Source of the DNA: Rubrobacteraceae bacterium
Lineage (GTDB): Bacteria > Actinomycetota > Rubrobacteria > Rubrobacterales > Rubrobacteraceae
Direction: 5' to 3'
DNA: 32,000 nt
Assembly (NCBI GenBank): GCA_965213895.1
Contig: OZ243918.1
Coordinates: forward strand, 702,766-734,765
Notes under the pieces: model-generated
Database searches by the model: none
Told to the model about the DNA's origin: nothing
What the model saw: the letters and a program-made list of their open reading frames with translations, nothing else
Part shown: positions 8,352 through 15,799 of the stretch, in pieces
How positions within the stretch are numbered: the stretch's first letter is position 1
How the letters are laid out: every line of letters begins with the position of its first letter
Program-made: the position numbers and the translations under genes

Positions 8352-9118
8352 GGAGTCTCTTTTCGGTAGCTGGCGCCGTAGCCTGGCGCGGCATCCACAA
8401 CTTCTTCCTCAACCCGGCGCTGGTCATACCCGCCGTGCTGTTCCCGCTATTCTTTCTGGCGGCCTTCGCCGGGGGGCTCTCCCGCGTCGCCGACATCCCC
8501 ACCTTCGACTTCGAGGGAGGCTACACGGCCTTCCAGTACGTCTGGATCCTCTTGCAGACCGTCGCCATAGGTGGCGCCTTTACCGGCTTCGCCATCGCCC
8601 GCGACTTCGAGAACGGGTTCGCCCAACGTTTCATGCTCGCCGCCCCGAGACGCGAAGGAATAATACTCGGCTACATGGCCGTCTCGCTCGTCCGGGTCAC
8701 CGTGACCGGCGGGGTCGCCACCCTGGCGGCGCTCATCTCCGGAATGCAGGTGTTGGGGAGCGGGGTGGATCTCTTCGGGCTGCTCGGGCTCGCGGTGCTG
8801 GTCAACGTCGCGGCGACGCTCTTCGCGGTCGGGATGGCGATGATCCTGCGTACCAGCTCGGGCGGCTTCCTCATCCAGACGCCCATCTTTATCGCCACGT
8901 TCCTCTCCCCGGTCTTCGTACCACTGGAGCTTCTAGACGGCTGGATCAAAGCCGTCTCCAAAGTAAATCCCATAACCTTCATCCTCGAATCCGGCCGCGG
9001 TTTTATCTCCGGCAACCCGACCGAAGTGCTCCTGGCCTTCGGCCTCGCCGCGGCGCTTATACTCGTAATGATCCCCTGGGCACTCTTCGGACTCAGCCGC
9101 GCCGAGAAAGCTGGATAA
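8348..9118 (+). CDS. ABC-2 type transporter permease (second subunit)
   Basis: I place the start at GTG 8348, which overlaps the previous stop (GTGA). The N-terminal 35 codons of the track ORF overlap the preceding gene and are not membrane-like. The protein is a hydrophobic six-TM type, with VNPITFILESGR near the C-terminus. Confidence 0.8.
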   Translation: MRSLFSVAGAVAWRGIHNFFLNPALVIPAVLFPLFFLAAFAGGLSRVADIPTFDFEGGYTAFQYVWILLQTVAIGGAFTGFAIARDFENGFAQRFMLAAPRREGIILGYMAVSLVRVTVTGGVATLAALISGMQVLGSGVDLFGLLGLAVLVNVAATLFAVGMAMILRTSSGGFLIQTPIFIATFLSPVFVPLELLDGWIKAVSKVNPITFILESGRGFISGNPTEVLLAFGLAAALILVMIPWALFGLSRAEKAG

Positions 9119-9127
9119 ACACCATCA

Positions 9128-9156
9128 TTGACACGGGACGAACAATCGTCTAATCT
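9128..9156 (+). promoter_or_regulatory. Sigma-70-like promoter TTGACA-17 nt-TAATCT for the PadR operon
   Basis: TTGACA at 9128..9133, a 17-nt spacer, then TAATCT at 9151..9156, about 50 nt upstream of the PadR ATG. Confidence 0.45.
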
Positions 9157-9197
9157 ATCGAATATAGATATATCGTTCTTCGATAGTTATTCGATAG
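9155..9197. promoter_or_regulatory. Candidate PadR operator repeats (CTATCGAATA / TATTCGATAG, plus a TTCGATAG direct repeat)
   Basis: CTATCGAATA at 9155..9164 is the exact reverse complement of TATTCGATAG at 9188..9197. TTCGATAG occurs twice, at 9179..9186 and 9190..9197. The repeats overlap the -10 box and the predicted transcription start. Confidence 0.45.
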
Positions 9198-9206
9198 GGG
9201 TTAGGG

Positions 9207-9587
9207 ATGAGCGAGGAGTTGAAACAGCCGGAGGATCTTCTACCGCTTACTCCTGCAGTGCTAAATATTCTGTTGGCGTTGGCCGGTGGGGAGCGTCACG
9301 GGTACGGCATTATGCACGAGGTGCGCGAAGGTACTAACGGCATGATGCGGCTAGGGCCGGGCACGCTTTACACTGCCATAAAGCGCCTTTTGGAAGGTGG
9401 TCTAATCGAGGAATCTGACGAACGACCGGATACCGAGATAGACGACCAGCGCCGCCGCTACTATCGCCTTACGGACTTCGGGCAGCGGGTGATAACCGCC
9501 GAGGTAGAAAGGCTCGAAGAGGTGGTTCGCAAGGCTCGTACCCAGGGAATACCTTCCAGACCCGGCCCACTACCGGAGGGCGCGTAA
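9207..9587 (+). CDS. PadR-family transcriptional regulator
   Basis: 126 aa. LTPAVLNILLALAGGERHGYGIMHEV...GPGTLYTAIKRLLEGGLIEE...RRRYYRLTDFG is a canonical PadR winged helix. Confidence 0.9.
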   Translation: MSEELKQPEDLLPLTPAVLNILLALAGGERHGYGIMHEVREGTNGMMRLGPGTLYTAIKRLLEGGLIEESDERPDTEIDDQRRRYYRLTDFGQRVITAEVERLEEVVRKARTQGIPSRPGPLPEGA

Positions 9588-10570
9588 TGGAGGCCCAGGG
9601 CCAGGCAACGAGCTTTTCAGAGCGGCTCTATCGGTCTTTGTTGGTAGCTTATCCCGAGGAGTTTCGCAGGCAGTACAGCGAGCAACTGGTGCAGGCGTTC
9701 GGGGATCTTCGCCGCGAAGAGTTAGAGCAGCGCGGCAGGATAGGACTTCTTGTTCTGTGGCTGCGTACGTTGAGCGACCTCTTGATGAGTGTCCTATTAG
9801 AGAGGAGTGTTTTTCCGGTGTCTTCGCTCAGCTTGGTCCGTTTGGGAGGGTCTGCCTTAGTGCTAGGTGGCGTTGTACAGTTGGTGTCGTGGTGGCTCTT
9901 TTTTGCGGGCGTTCGTTTTGTGGGATGGTCTCCAGGTGAATTCTGGGCCAACGTCTTTTCATTCTTGCCGCACGGCCCTGTCGTAATTGATTTTGCCACC
10001 GGTCTTCTCGCCGCTGGCCTCGTCGCTCTCGGAGTATCTCTCATTTGGGAAGCGACCAGAGTCACAAGGTGGGCCAAGGCACTTACTGCAGCGGGCATTA
10101 GTCTGGCTGTCCTATCAGTAATAGCGTCGATATTACAGATCGTTGTCGGGGTGGTTATAGGAGCCTACTTCGTCATAGGACCGTGGTCGGATCTGTTGCC
10201 GTCGTCTGGAGCGATAGTGCCGTCGGGTTCTCTACAAGCGGTTCTGCTGAACGTAGGCAACCTACTCGAGTATTGGGGGTTGGCTCTTGCAAGCGTGACT
10301 ATAGGTGGAGCCCTCATGTTCACAAGGAGCATAAGACGGTGGTGGATTCTCTTGCCTGTAAACGGCATTCTTGCTATTCCGCAGACGACCAGCTTGCTAA
10401 CGTTTGTAATTTGGTGGCTTTCATATGACGGTTCGAACTCTGTTGCTGGGATACCCTCAGCAGTGTCGATAGTGCCGCATGCAATAGTTGCTTCGGGTTG
10501 GATAGCGATCGGCCTCGTGCTGGTATCGAGACGTAGCAAGCGACTAGAAGAGCCTGCCCGGACTCTGTAG
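9587..10570 (+). CDS. PadR-associated integral membrane protein
   Basis: - 327 aa, with a TAATG start/stop overlap with padR.
- The soluble N-terminal ~70 aa (ERLYRSLLVAYPEEFRRQYSEQLVQAFGDL...LWLRTLSDLL) matches the prefix domain I recall fused to membrane proteins downstream of PadR genes.
- The remainder has about 8 predicted TM segments.
- GC is lower here; hand counts of 60-nt lines give 48-57%. Confidence 0.75.
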   Translation: MEAQGQATSFSERLYRSLLVAYPEEFRRQYSEQLVQAFGDLRREELEQRGRIGLLVLWLRTLSDLLMSVLLERSVFPVSSLSLVRLGGSALVLGGVVQLVSWWLFFAGVRFVGWSPGEFWANVFSFLPHGPVVIDFATGLLAAGLVALGVSLIWEATRVTRWAKALTAAGISLAVLSVIASILQIVVGVVIGAYFVIGPWSDLLPSSGAIVPSGSLQAVLLNVGNLLEYWGLALASVTIGGALMFTRSIRRWWILLPVNGILAIPQTTSLLTFVIWWLSYDGSNSVAGIPSAVSIVPHAIVASGWIAIGLVLVSRRSKRLEEPARTL

Positions 10571-10613
10571 GGCGCCGCCCTGAAACCGAAAAAATTTCGG
10601 CTATCGAAGCCGT

Positions 10614-10826
10614 TTACCTCTCGGGCATAGCGTCCCAGTAGATGCCCGTGACGTAGGAGCCCGTGGCGTTAGTCGTAGTGGCGCTGACCAGTTGCCACCC
10701 CCAGGAGCTTCCTTCGTCGAGAGCTTCTTGAACTTTTTGCTGGTGGCTCTTTACCCGCATCTCTCCGGTCACGAGTTGAAACCTGTAGCGACCGGCCGGT
10801 GCCCGCTCTTCTCCACCACCGAACAC
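10614..10826 (-). CDS. Small hypothetical protein (70 aa), possibly DUF4177-like
   Basis: The GTG start lies 4 nt after the aminotransferase stop and is co-directional with it. YRFQLVTGE...KVQEALDEGSSWGWQLVSATT loosely resembles the DUF4177 pattern (WEYKVV...LNELGEEGWELVSV). The RBS is weak, so the call is tentative. Confidence 0.35.
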   Translation of the reverse strand: MFGGGEERAPAGRYRFQLVTGEMRVKSHQQKVQEALDEGSSWGWQLVSATTTNATGSYVTGIYWDAMPER

Positions 10827-10830
10827 TTCT

Positions 10831-11919
10831 TCAGACCAGTCTTGCCAGTCGCTTTACGCCCTCGTCTATCTGCTCCGGTGTTACGGCGCAAAACGGCAGT
10901 CGCACGAAGCGATCGCCCGCTACCGGCTCGTCGCCTACGGAATCCGCGAAGAATGCGGAACCGGGTGTCAGCACCAGGTCCGCGTCTTTGGCCCGGCCCA
11001 CCAGGTTTTCGGTGTTGGAGTCTTCGGGGAGCATGATGCTGACGAAGAAGCCGCCGTCCGGGATAAAGGCCTGGGCATCCGGTAGTTCGCGGCGCACGGC
11101 CTCGGACATCGTGTTTAGCCGGGGACTGTAGAGGTCCTTGAGGCTTTCGATGTTCGGTTCGAGCCAGCCGCGGCTGAGGTACTCGGAGACGGCGGCCTGG
11201 GTCGGGAGGACAGGGGAGAGGTAGGTGTACTCTCCGAGACGGGTGAGGGCGGAGATCATGCTCTCCGGCCCGATGGCGAACCCGACCCGGATGCCGGGGC
11301 TCAAGAGCTTGCTGAACGAGCTTATCGTCATTACCCTCTCGGCACTGATCTCTCTTAGCAGCGGCAGGTCTTCGCCTTCGTAGCGGAGCTTGCGGTACGG
11401 GATGTCCTCTATGACCCAGAACCCGTACTCTTCCGCCAGCTCGACCACCCGCCGCCGTTTCTCCAGCGAGAGCGTCGCCCCGGCCGGGTTCTGGAAGTCC
11501 GGCACGAGGTACAGGAAAGCCGGGACCTCGCTCTGCAAGGCTTCTTCCAGCTTATCTACGCTGATGCCATCTTCTTCGAGTGGGATGCCGATGGTGCGAG
11601 CCCCGCGCCGCCGGAAGGTTGCGATGGCCCGGTCGTAGCTCGGCTGCTCGGTAAAGACCGCCGCGCTTGGCGTGATGAGGTGCGCCGAGAGCAAGTCTTG
11701 CAACTGCAGAGACCCGTTGCCGACCAGCACCTCTGTCTCGGAGACGCCGTACTCGTTCGCCAGGTACTCGCGCAGCGGCGGATAGCCTTGTTGCTGGCCG
11801 TATTGTAAGACGACGTTGGCGTTTTCTTTGACTGCCGCGCTGAAGCATTCTCCCAACTCTTCGGTCGGGAACGCTTCCGGCGGTGGTACTCCCCTGGTAA
11901 AAACTATTTTCTCACTCAT
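10831..11919 (-). CDS. PLP-dependent aminotransferase, class I/II (LysN/ARO8-like)
   Basis: The protein begins MSEKIVFTRGVPPPEAFP. The FQNPAGATLS motif and SSFSKLLSPGIRVGF (PLP lysine) are present. I prefer ATG 11919 over the track start 11955. Confidence 0.85.
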   Translation of the reverse strand: MSEKIVFTRGVPPPEAFPTEELGECFSAAVKENANVVLQYGQQQGYPPLREYLANEYGVSETEVLVGNGSLQLQDLLSAHLITPSAAVFTEQPSYDRAIATFRRRGARTIGIPLEEDGISVDKLEEALQSEVPAFLYLVPDFQNPAGATLSLEKRRRVVELAEEYGFWVIEDIPYRKLRYEGEDLPLLREISAERVMTISSFSKLLSPGIRVGFAIGPESMISALTRLGEYTYLSPVLPTQAAVSEYLSRGWLEPNIESLKDLYSPRLNTMSEAVRRELPDAQAFIPDGGFFVSIMLPEDSNTENLVGRAKDADLVLTPGSAFFADSVGDEPVAGDRFVRLPFCAVTPEQIDEGVKRLARLV

Positions 11920-12021
11920 GGCTCTAGCTTTGCACAATGCCCGCCTGTTGTGCAAGCTACAGATTCACAAGCTCCGCAAACTATAATAATTTCCGAACTC
12001 AACTTATAAGGAGGCTTTTAT

Positions 12022-12516
12022 ATGGGACGCCAGCGCGTAGAACCTGGCCCCGGTCAGGAATCGGTTTGGGACTATCCCCGCCCACCGCGGCTGGAGGACG
12101 TGGAGAGCCGGATCAAAGTGGTCTTCGGCGGCGTGACCGTCGCCTACACGACCCGCGCCAAACGGGTGCTCGAAACCAGTCATCCCCCCGTCTACTACAT
12201 CCTGCCCGAAGATGTTCGCATAGAACACCTGACGCCCGTCGAAGGAACGACTTTCTGCGAGTGGAAAGGCCGGGCGCAGTACTGGGACATAGAAACCGAC
12301 GAGCGCACCGAGAGCCGGGCCGCCTGGTCCTACCCGGACCCGACGCCATCTTTCGAGAGCTTGAAAAATTACCTTACGTTCTATCCGTCGAAGATGGACA
12401 ATTGCTGGGTGGACGGTGAGAAGGTACAGGCGCAGGAGGGGGACTTCTACGGAGGTTGGATCACCTCGGGCATAGTCGGCCCGTTTAAGGGAGCCCCCGG
12501 AACCTGGGGCTGGTAA
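12022..12516 (+). CDS. DUF427 domain-containing protein
   Basis: 164 aa. SVWDYPRPPRLE, TSHPPVYYIP-like (YYILPEDV), CEWKGRAQYWDI and FYPSKMD are characteristic DUF427 strings. A strong AAGGAGG RBS is present. Confidence 0.85.
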   Translation: MGRQRVEPGPGQESVWDYPRPPRLEDVESRIKVVFGGVTVAYTTRAKRVLETSHPPVYYILPEDVRIEHLTPVEGTTFCEWKGRAQYWDIETDERTESRAAWSYPDPTPSFESLKNYLTFYPSKMDNCWVDGEKVQAQEGDFYGGWITSGIVGPFKGAPGTWGW

Positions 12517-12519
12517 GGT

Positions 12520-13161
12520 TTGTCACGCTCCTTAGCAGAGCTCCGTAAAGAATACACCCGCGCCGGCCTTCACAAATCCGGCATTGCCGCCGATCCCTTA
12601 GAACAATTCCACTCGTGGTTCGAGGATGTCCTAAACGCCAACCTCCACGAACCCAACGCCATGACCCTCGCGACCGCCACCCCGGACGGCAAACCATCCG
12701 CCCGCATCGTGCTCCTCAAGGGTTACGACGAACGCGGCTTCGTCTTCTACACCAACTACAGAGGACGCAAAGCGAGTGAATTGGAGGCCAACCCCAACTG
12801 TACCCTCGCCTTCTACTGGGCAGATTTGGAGCGACAAGTTCGCATCGAAGGCCGGATCGCTCGTGTAACTGCAGAAGAATCCGACGCCTACTTCGCCAGT
12901 CGTCCCCGGGGCAGCCGGATCGGTGCCTGGGCCTCAGAGCAGAGCCGCACTGTAGAGAGTCGCGAACGGCTAGAAGATCGTCTGCGGAAGCTAGAAGCCG
13001 AGTACGAAGACCGGGAAATACCTCGTCCGCCGTTTTGGGGCGGCTACCGGGTCGAGCCGGAGGCTATCGAGTTCTGGCAGGGCCGGGAGAATCGGCTGCA
13101 CGACCGCTTGGTGTACCAGCTCGAAGATGGTAGATGGACTACAATGCGCCTCCAGCCTTAG
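12520..13161 (+). CDS. pdxH: Pyridoxamine 5'-phosphate oxidase
   Basis: 213 aa. RKEYTRAGL, NAMTLATATPDGKPSARIVLLKGYDERGFVFYTNYRGRKASEL, SRPRGSRIGAWAS, IEFWQGRENRLHDR and a C-terminal RLQP are canonical PdxH features. The start is TTG, 3 nt after the DUF427 stop. Confidence 0.9.
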   Translation: MSRSLAELRKEYTRAGLHKSGIAADPLEQFHSWFEDVLNANLHEPNAMTLATATPDGKPSARIVLLKGYDERGFVFYTNYRGRKASELEANPNCTLAFYWADLERQVRIEGRIARVTAEESDAYFASRPRGSRIGAWASEQSRTVESRERLEDRLRKLEAEYEDREIPRPPFWGGYRVEPEAIEFWQGRENRLHDRLVYQLEDGRWTTMRLQP

Positions 13162-13182
13162 CCCGCTTTAACCGCACGTGCA

Positions 13183-13803
13183 CTAGGAGGGTGACGTATA
13201 CAAACCTTCCAGGAGTTCGTCGAGTGACTCGCCAGCCAGCCTCAGTGCCGCCTCGGGCTTACCCGAGCGAGCGATCCACATTGCCGCCTCGTTCATGGCC
13301 CCCAGTAGCAAGTGCGCGACCGGGTCTACGGGCTGGTTACGGATTACGCCCTCCTCCATCGCCTGCTGCAAACCTTCCTTGAGAAGGCCAAGACCGTGGC
13401 GGGCGTCCACCTCTCGCCAGTGTTCCCAGCCGAGCACCGCCGGCGCGTCCAGAAGCACCACTTGTCGCACCGTCGGATCGACGCAGGCGCCCAGGAAAGC
13501 GTGACAACCGGCCCGCAGAGCAGACCACGAGTCTTGCCACTCCTCCGCCGCATCCTTTATCTTCGCCGCGATTTCCCGCTGAACCTCCTCGTAGAGCGCG
13601 TCGAATAGACCCTCCTTGCCACCCAGGACGCCTTTCCCGCCGAAGTGATGGTACAGCGCCCCGCGAGTCAGGCCAGCATGCCGCACTAACTCCTCAGCCG
13701 TTACCCCACTGAATCCCCGCTCAGTGAACAACAGCCGGGCTGATTCGAGCAGCCTGACCCTGGTCGCCTCGGTCCTGAGCGTGTGCTTGCTGCGTATCTC
13801 CAT
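13183..13803 (-). CDS. TetR/AcrR-family transcriptional regulator
   Basis: TRVRLLESARLLFTERGFSGVTAEELVRHAGLTRGALYHHFGGK is the HTH region. I prefer ATG 13803 (MEIRSKHTL...). The track N-terminal extension crosses the divergent promoter. Confidence 0.85.
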   Translation of the reverse strand: MEIRSKHTLRTEATRVRLLESARLLFTERGFSGVTAEELVRHAGLTRGALYHHFGGKGVLGGKEGLFDALYEEVQREIAAKIKDAAEEWQDSWSALRAGCHAFLGACVDPTVRQVVLLDAPAVLGWEHWREVDARHGLGLLKEGLQQAMEEGVIRNQPVDPVAHLLLGAMNEAAMWIARSGKPEAALRLAGESLDELLEGLYTSPS

Positions 13804-13835
13804 AAATATTCTCCTCCAGTATCTCGTTTTTATCA

Positions 13836-13864
13836 TTGTAATACATCCCGAATGTATGTATAAT
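13836..13864 (+). promoter_or_regulatory. Promoter TTGTAA-17 nt-TATAAT with an embedded ATACAT-N5-ATGTAT palindrome (candidate TetR operator)
   Basis: TTGTAA at 13836..13841, and consensus TATAAT at 13859..13864. The inverted repeat ATACAT (13841..13846) / ATGTAT (13852..13857) lies in the spacer, between the divergent TetR and VOC genes. Confidence 0.5.
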
Positions 13865-13926
13865 CCAGAGCAATGGTTTCCTGGCACGTGCCGCCTGAGG
13901 GACCTGTCCAAGAGAAGGAGGATCCG

Positions 13927-14340
13927 ATGTCACTGCAGAGTTTCTACCCTGTGTTGCTCGCCGAAGATGTCGAGGCGAGTGCCCGCTTCTACACAGAGCA
14001 TATGGGTTTTGTCTCGACGTTCGAGAGTGACTGGTACGTTAGCCTTAGGCACCGCGAGAACCCAGCCTATGAATTGGCCGTGCTCTCGCCCACCCACGAG
14101 ACGATCCCGGAGGGGTTTCGCGGGGAACGTGCTTCCGGCCTCCTGCTCAACTTTGAGGTTTCGGACGCTGCAGCAGAGTACGAGAAGCTCAGGGGGGCGG
14201 GCCTGAGGATCGTCTTGCCGCTGCGTGATGAGGCTTTCGGACAGAGGCACTTCATCGGCGTGGGCCCTGACGGTGTCATGCTCGACGTGATCGAGGAGAT
14301 ACCACCCTCCGAGGAGTTTGCTGAGCAATACCTCTCGTGA
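13927..14340 (+). CDS. VOC (glyoxalase/bleomycin-resistance/dioxygenase) family protein
   Basis: The protein begins [28 protein letters not shown], and [17 protein letters not shown] lies near the C-terminus. ATG 13927 is preceded by GAAGGAGGA. Confidence 0.8.
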   Translation: MSLQSFYPVLLAEDVEASARFYTEHMGFVSTFESDWYVSLRHRENPAYELAVLSPTHETIPEGFRGERASGLLLNFEVSDAAAEYEKLRGAGLRIVLPLRDEAFGQRHFIGVGPDGVMLDVIEEIPPSEEFAEQYLS

Positions 14341-14534
14341 GGGTGCGCACGTATTGAGGTTAGCGTCAGGTTATGGAGGTAGGAGGGGGTGGTTCGGATG
14401 CACCGACAAGCAAAGAACATTTCGGCCCAACCTCAAAGCCCAAAAACCTTTCTCACTGTCGTTCATGCTCGAAACTCAAGCCTGGATCGCTGCTAAGATT
14501 CATCCGCTCGGAGGGACCGCGAAAGGAGAAGCCT

Positions 14535-15362
14535 TTGAAGCTAGTATCGTACTCGATGAACGGTGGAGATGCTAGAGTCGGCCTGGTCAAGGATGGCGAG
14601 GTCCGACGACTTGCCGGGCAAGACACCACCATGATAGACCTGATCGAAGAGGGCGCTGAGAAACAATCTTTTGGCGAAGAGAGCTTCACACTCAAAGACG
14701 TAAAACTCCACCCTCCCATCTCACGCCCCAGTAAGATCATCGGCATCGGCCTCAACTACGAGGACCACGCCGCCGAAACCGGCGCCGACATTCCTGAAAA
14801 ACCAATAGTCTTCGCTAAATACCCGAATACTATCATCGGCCCGGGAACCCCCATACTTATCCCCAGGATAACCGAGCGGGCCGACTACGAGGCGGAGCTT
14901 GCGGTGGTTATAGGAAAGAGAGCCCGGCAAATAGAAGCCGAAGACGCCCTGGACTACGTCTTCGGCTACATGAACGCAAACGACGTCTCTTCGAGGGACC
15001 TGCAGTTCTCAGAGGGCGGCCAGTGGACGCGGAGCAAATCACTAGACACCTTCGCACCGATCGGGCCTTATCTGGTAACGAAAGATGAGATCGAAGATCC
15101 CCAAAACCTTTCCGTAGAATGCACCCTCAATGGTGAGGTCATGCAGGAGGGGAACACGGAGAAGATGATCTTCAGCGTTGCTGAGATAGTCGCGTTTCTC
15201 TCAACGGGCATGACGCTGGGGCCGGGCGACATCATCCTAACGGGGACGCCTCCTGGTGTGGGAGTAGCCCGCGACCCGCAAGTATTCCTCAAAGACGGCG
15301 ATGAGGTGACGGTGGAGATAGAAGGACTGGGGACACTTACTAATCCGGTAGAAGCCGTGTAG
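14535..15362 (+). CDS. Fumarylacetoacetate hydrolase (FAH) family protein
   Basis: KIIGIGLNYEDHAAE, the FAKYPNT motif, DYEAELAVVIGK, and PGDIILTGTPPGVG are present. The start is TTG 14535 (reads as MKLVSYS...), with AAAGGAG 7 nt upstream. The 54-codon N-terminal extension in the track ORF is not FAH-like. Confidence 0.85.
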   Translation: MKLVSYSMNGGDARVGLVKDGEVRRLAGQDTTMIDLIEEGAEKQSFGEESFTLKDVKLHPPISRPSKIIGIGLNYEDHAAETGADIPEKPIVFAKYPNTIIGPGTPILIPRITERADYEAELAVVIGKRARQIEAEDALDYVFGYMNANDVSSRDLQFSEGGQWTRSKSLDTFAPIGPYLVTKDEIEDPQNLSVECTLNGEVMQEGNTEKMIFSVAEIVAFLSTGMTLGPGDIILTGTPPGVGVARDPQVFLKDGDEVTVEIEGLGTLTNPVEAV

Positions 15363-15394
15363 GACCGGCCGCCGCGGTTTAGAATAGGAGCATT

Positions 15395-15790
15395 GTGGAG
15401 CGTACAATACGGGTGGTGGTGGCGAAAGTTGGTCTCGACGGGCACGACCGGGGGGCCAAAATTATCGTCCGCGCCCTCCGCGACGCCGGGATGGAAGTCA
15501 TCTACACGGGCCTCCATCAGACACCGGAACAGGTCGTAGAAGCCGCCATCCAGGAGGACGTGAACGCCATCGGCATCTCCATCCTCTCCGGGGCGCACAT
15601 GACCCTGATCCCGAAGGTCATGGACCTCCTCCGCGAAAACGAAGCCGACGACATCCTGGTCTTCTGCGGCGGCACCATCCCCAAAAACGATGTCCCGAAA
15701 CTCGAAGAAGCCGGTGTCGGGGCCGTGTTTACCCCGGGAACTCCGACGGGAGAAGCCGTGGAATACGTCCGGCAAGCGGCTAGTACCTGA
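15395..15790 (+). CDS. Cobalamin (B12)-binding domain protein, methylmalonyl-CoA mutase small-subunit type
   Basis: 131 aa. [32 protein letters not shown] carries the DxHxxG B12-binding motif. [11 protein letters not shown] and GGTIP are also present. Confidence 0.85.
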   Translation: MERTIRVVVAKVGLDGHDRGAKIIVRALRDAGMEVIYTGLHQTPEQVVEAAIQEDVNAIGISILSGAHMTLIPKVMDLLRENEADDILVFCGGTIPKNDVPKLEEAGVGAVFTPGTPTGEAVEYVRQAAST

Positions 15791-15799
15791 CTCAGCCCT

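Noticed and set aside
10586-10600. CCGAAA-AAA-TTTCGG hairpin between the convergent membrane-protein gene and the small 70-aa ORF, as a bidirectional terminator.
   Set aside because: The stem is short and AT-rich, the loop is only 3 nt, and there is no clear T-tract on either strand. I did not list it as a feature.
13600-13660. An apparent GGKGVLGGKEG internal duplication in the TetR protein at 13183..13803.
   Set aside because: The underlying DNA (GGCGGGAAAGGCGTCCTGGGTGGCAAGGAGGGT) is not a tandem nucleotide repeat. It is most simply a lineage-specific loop insertion.
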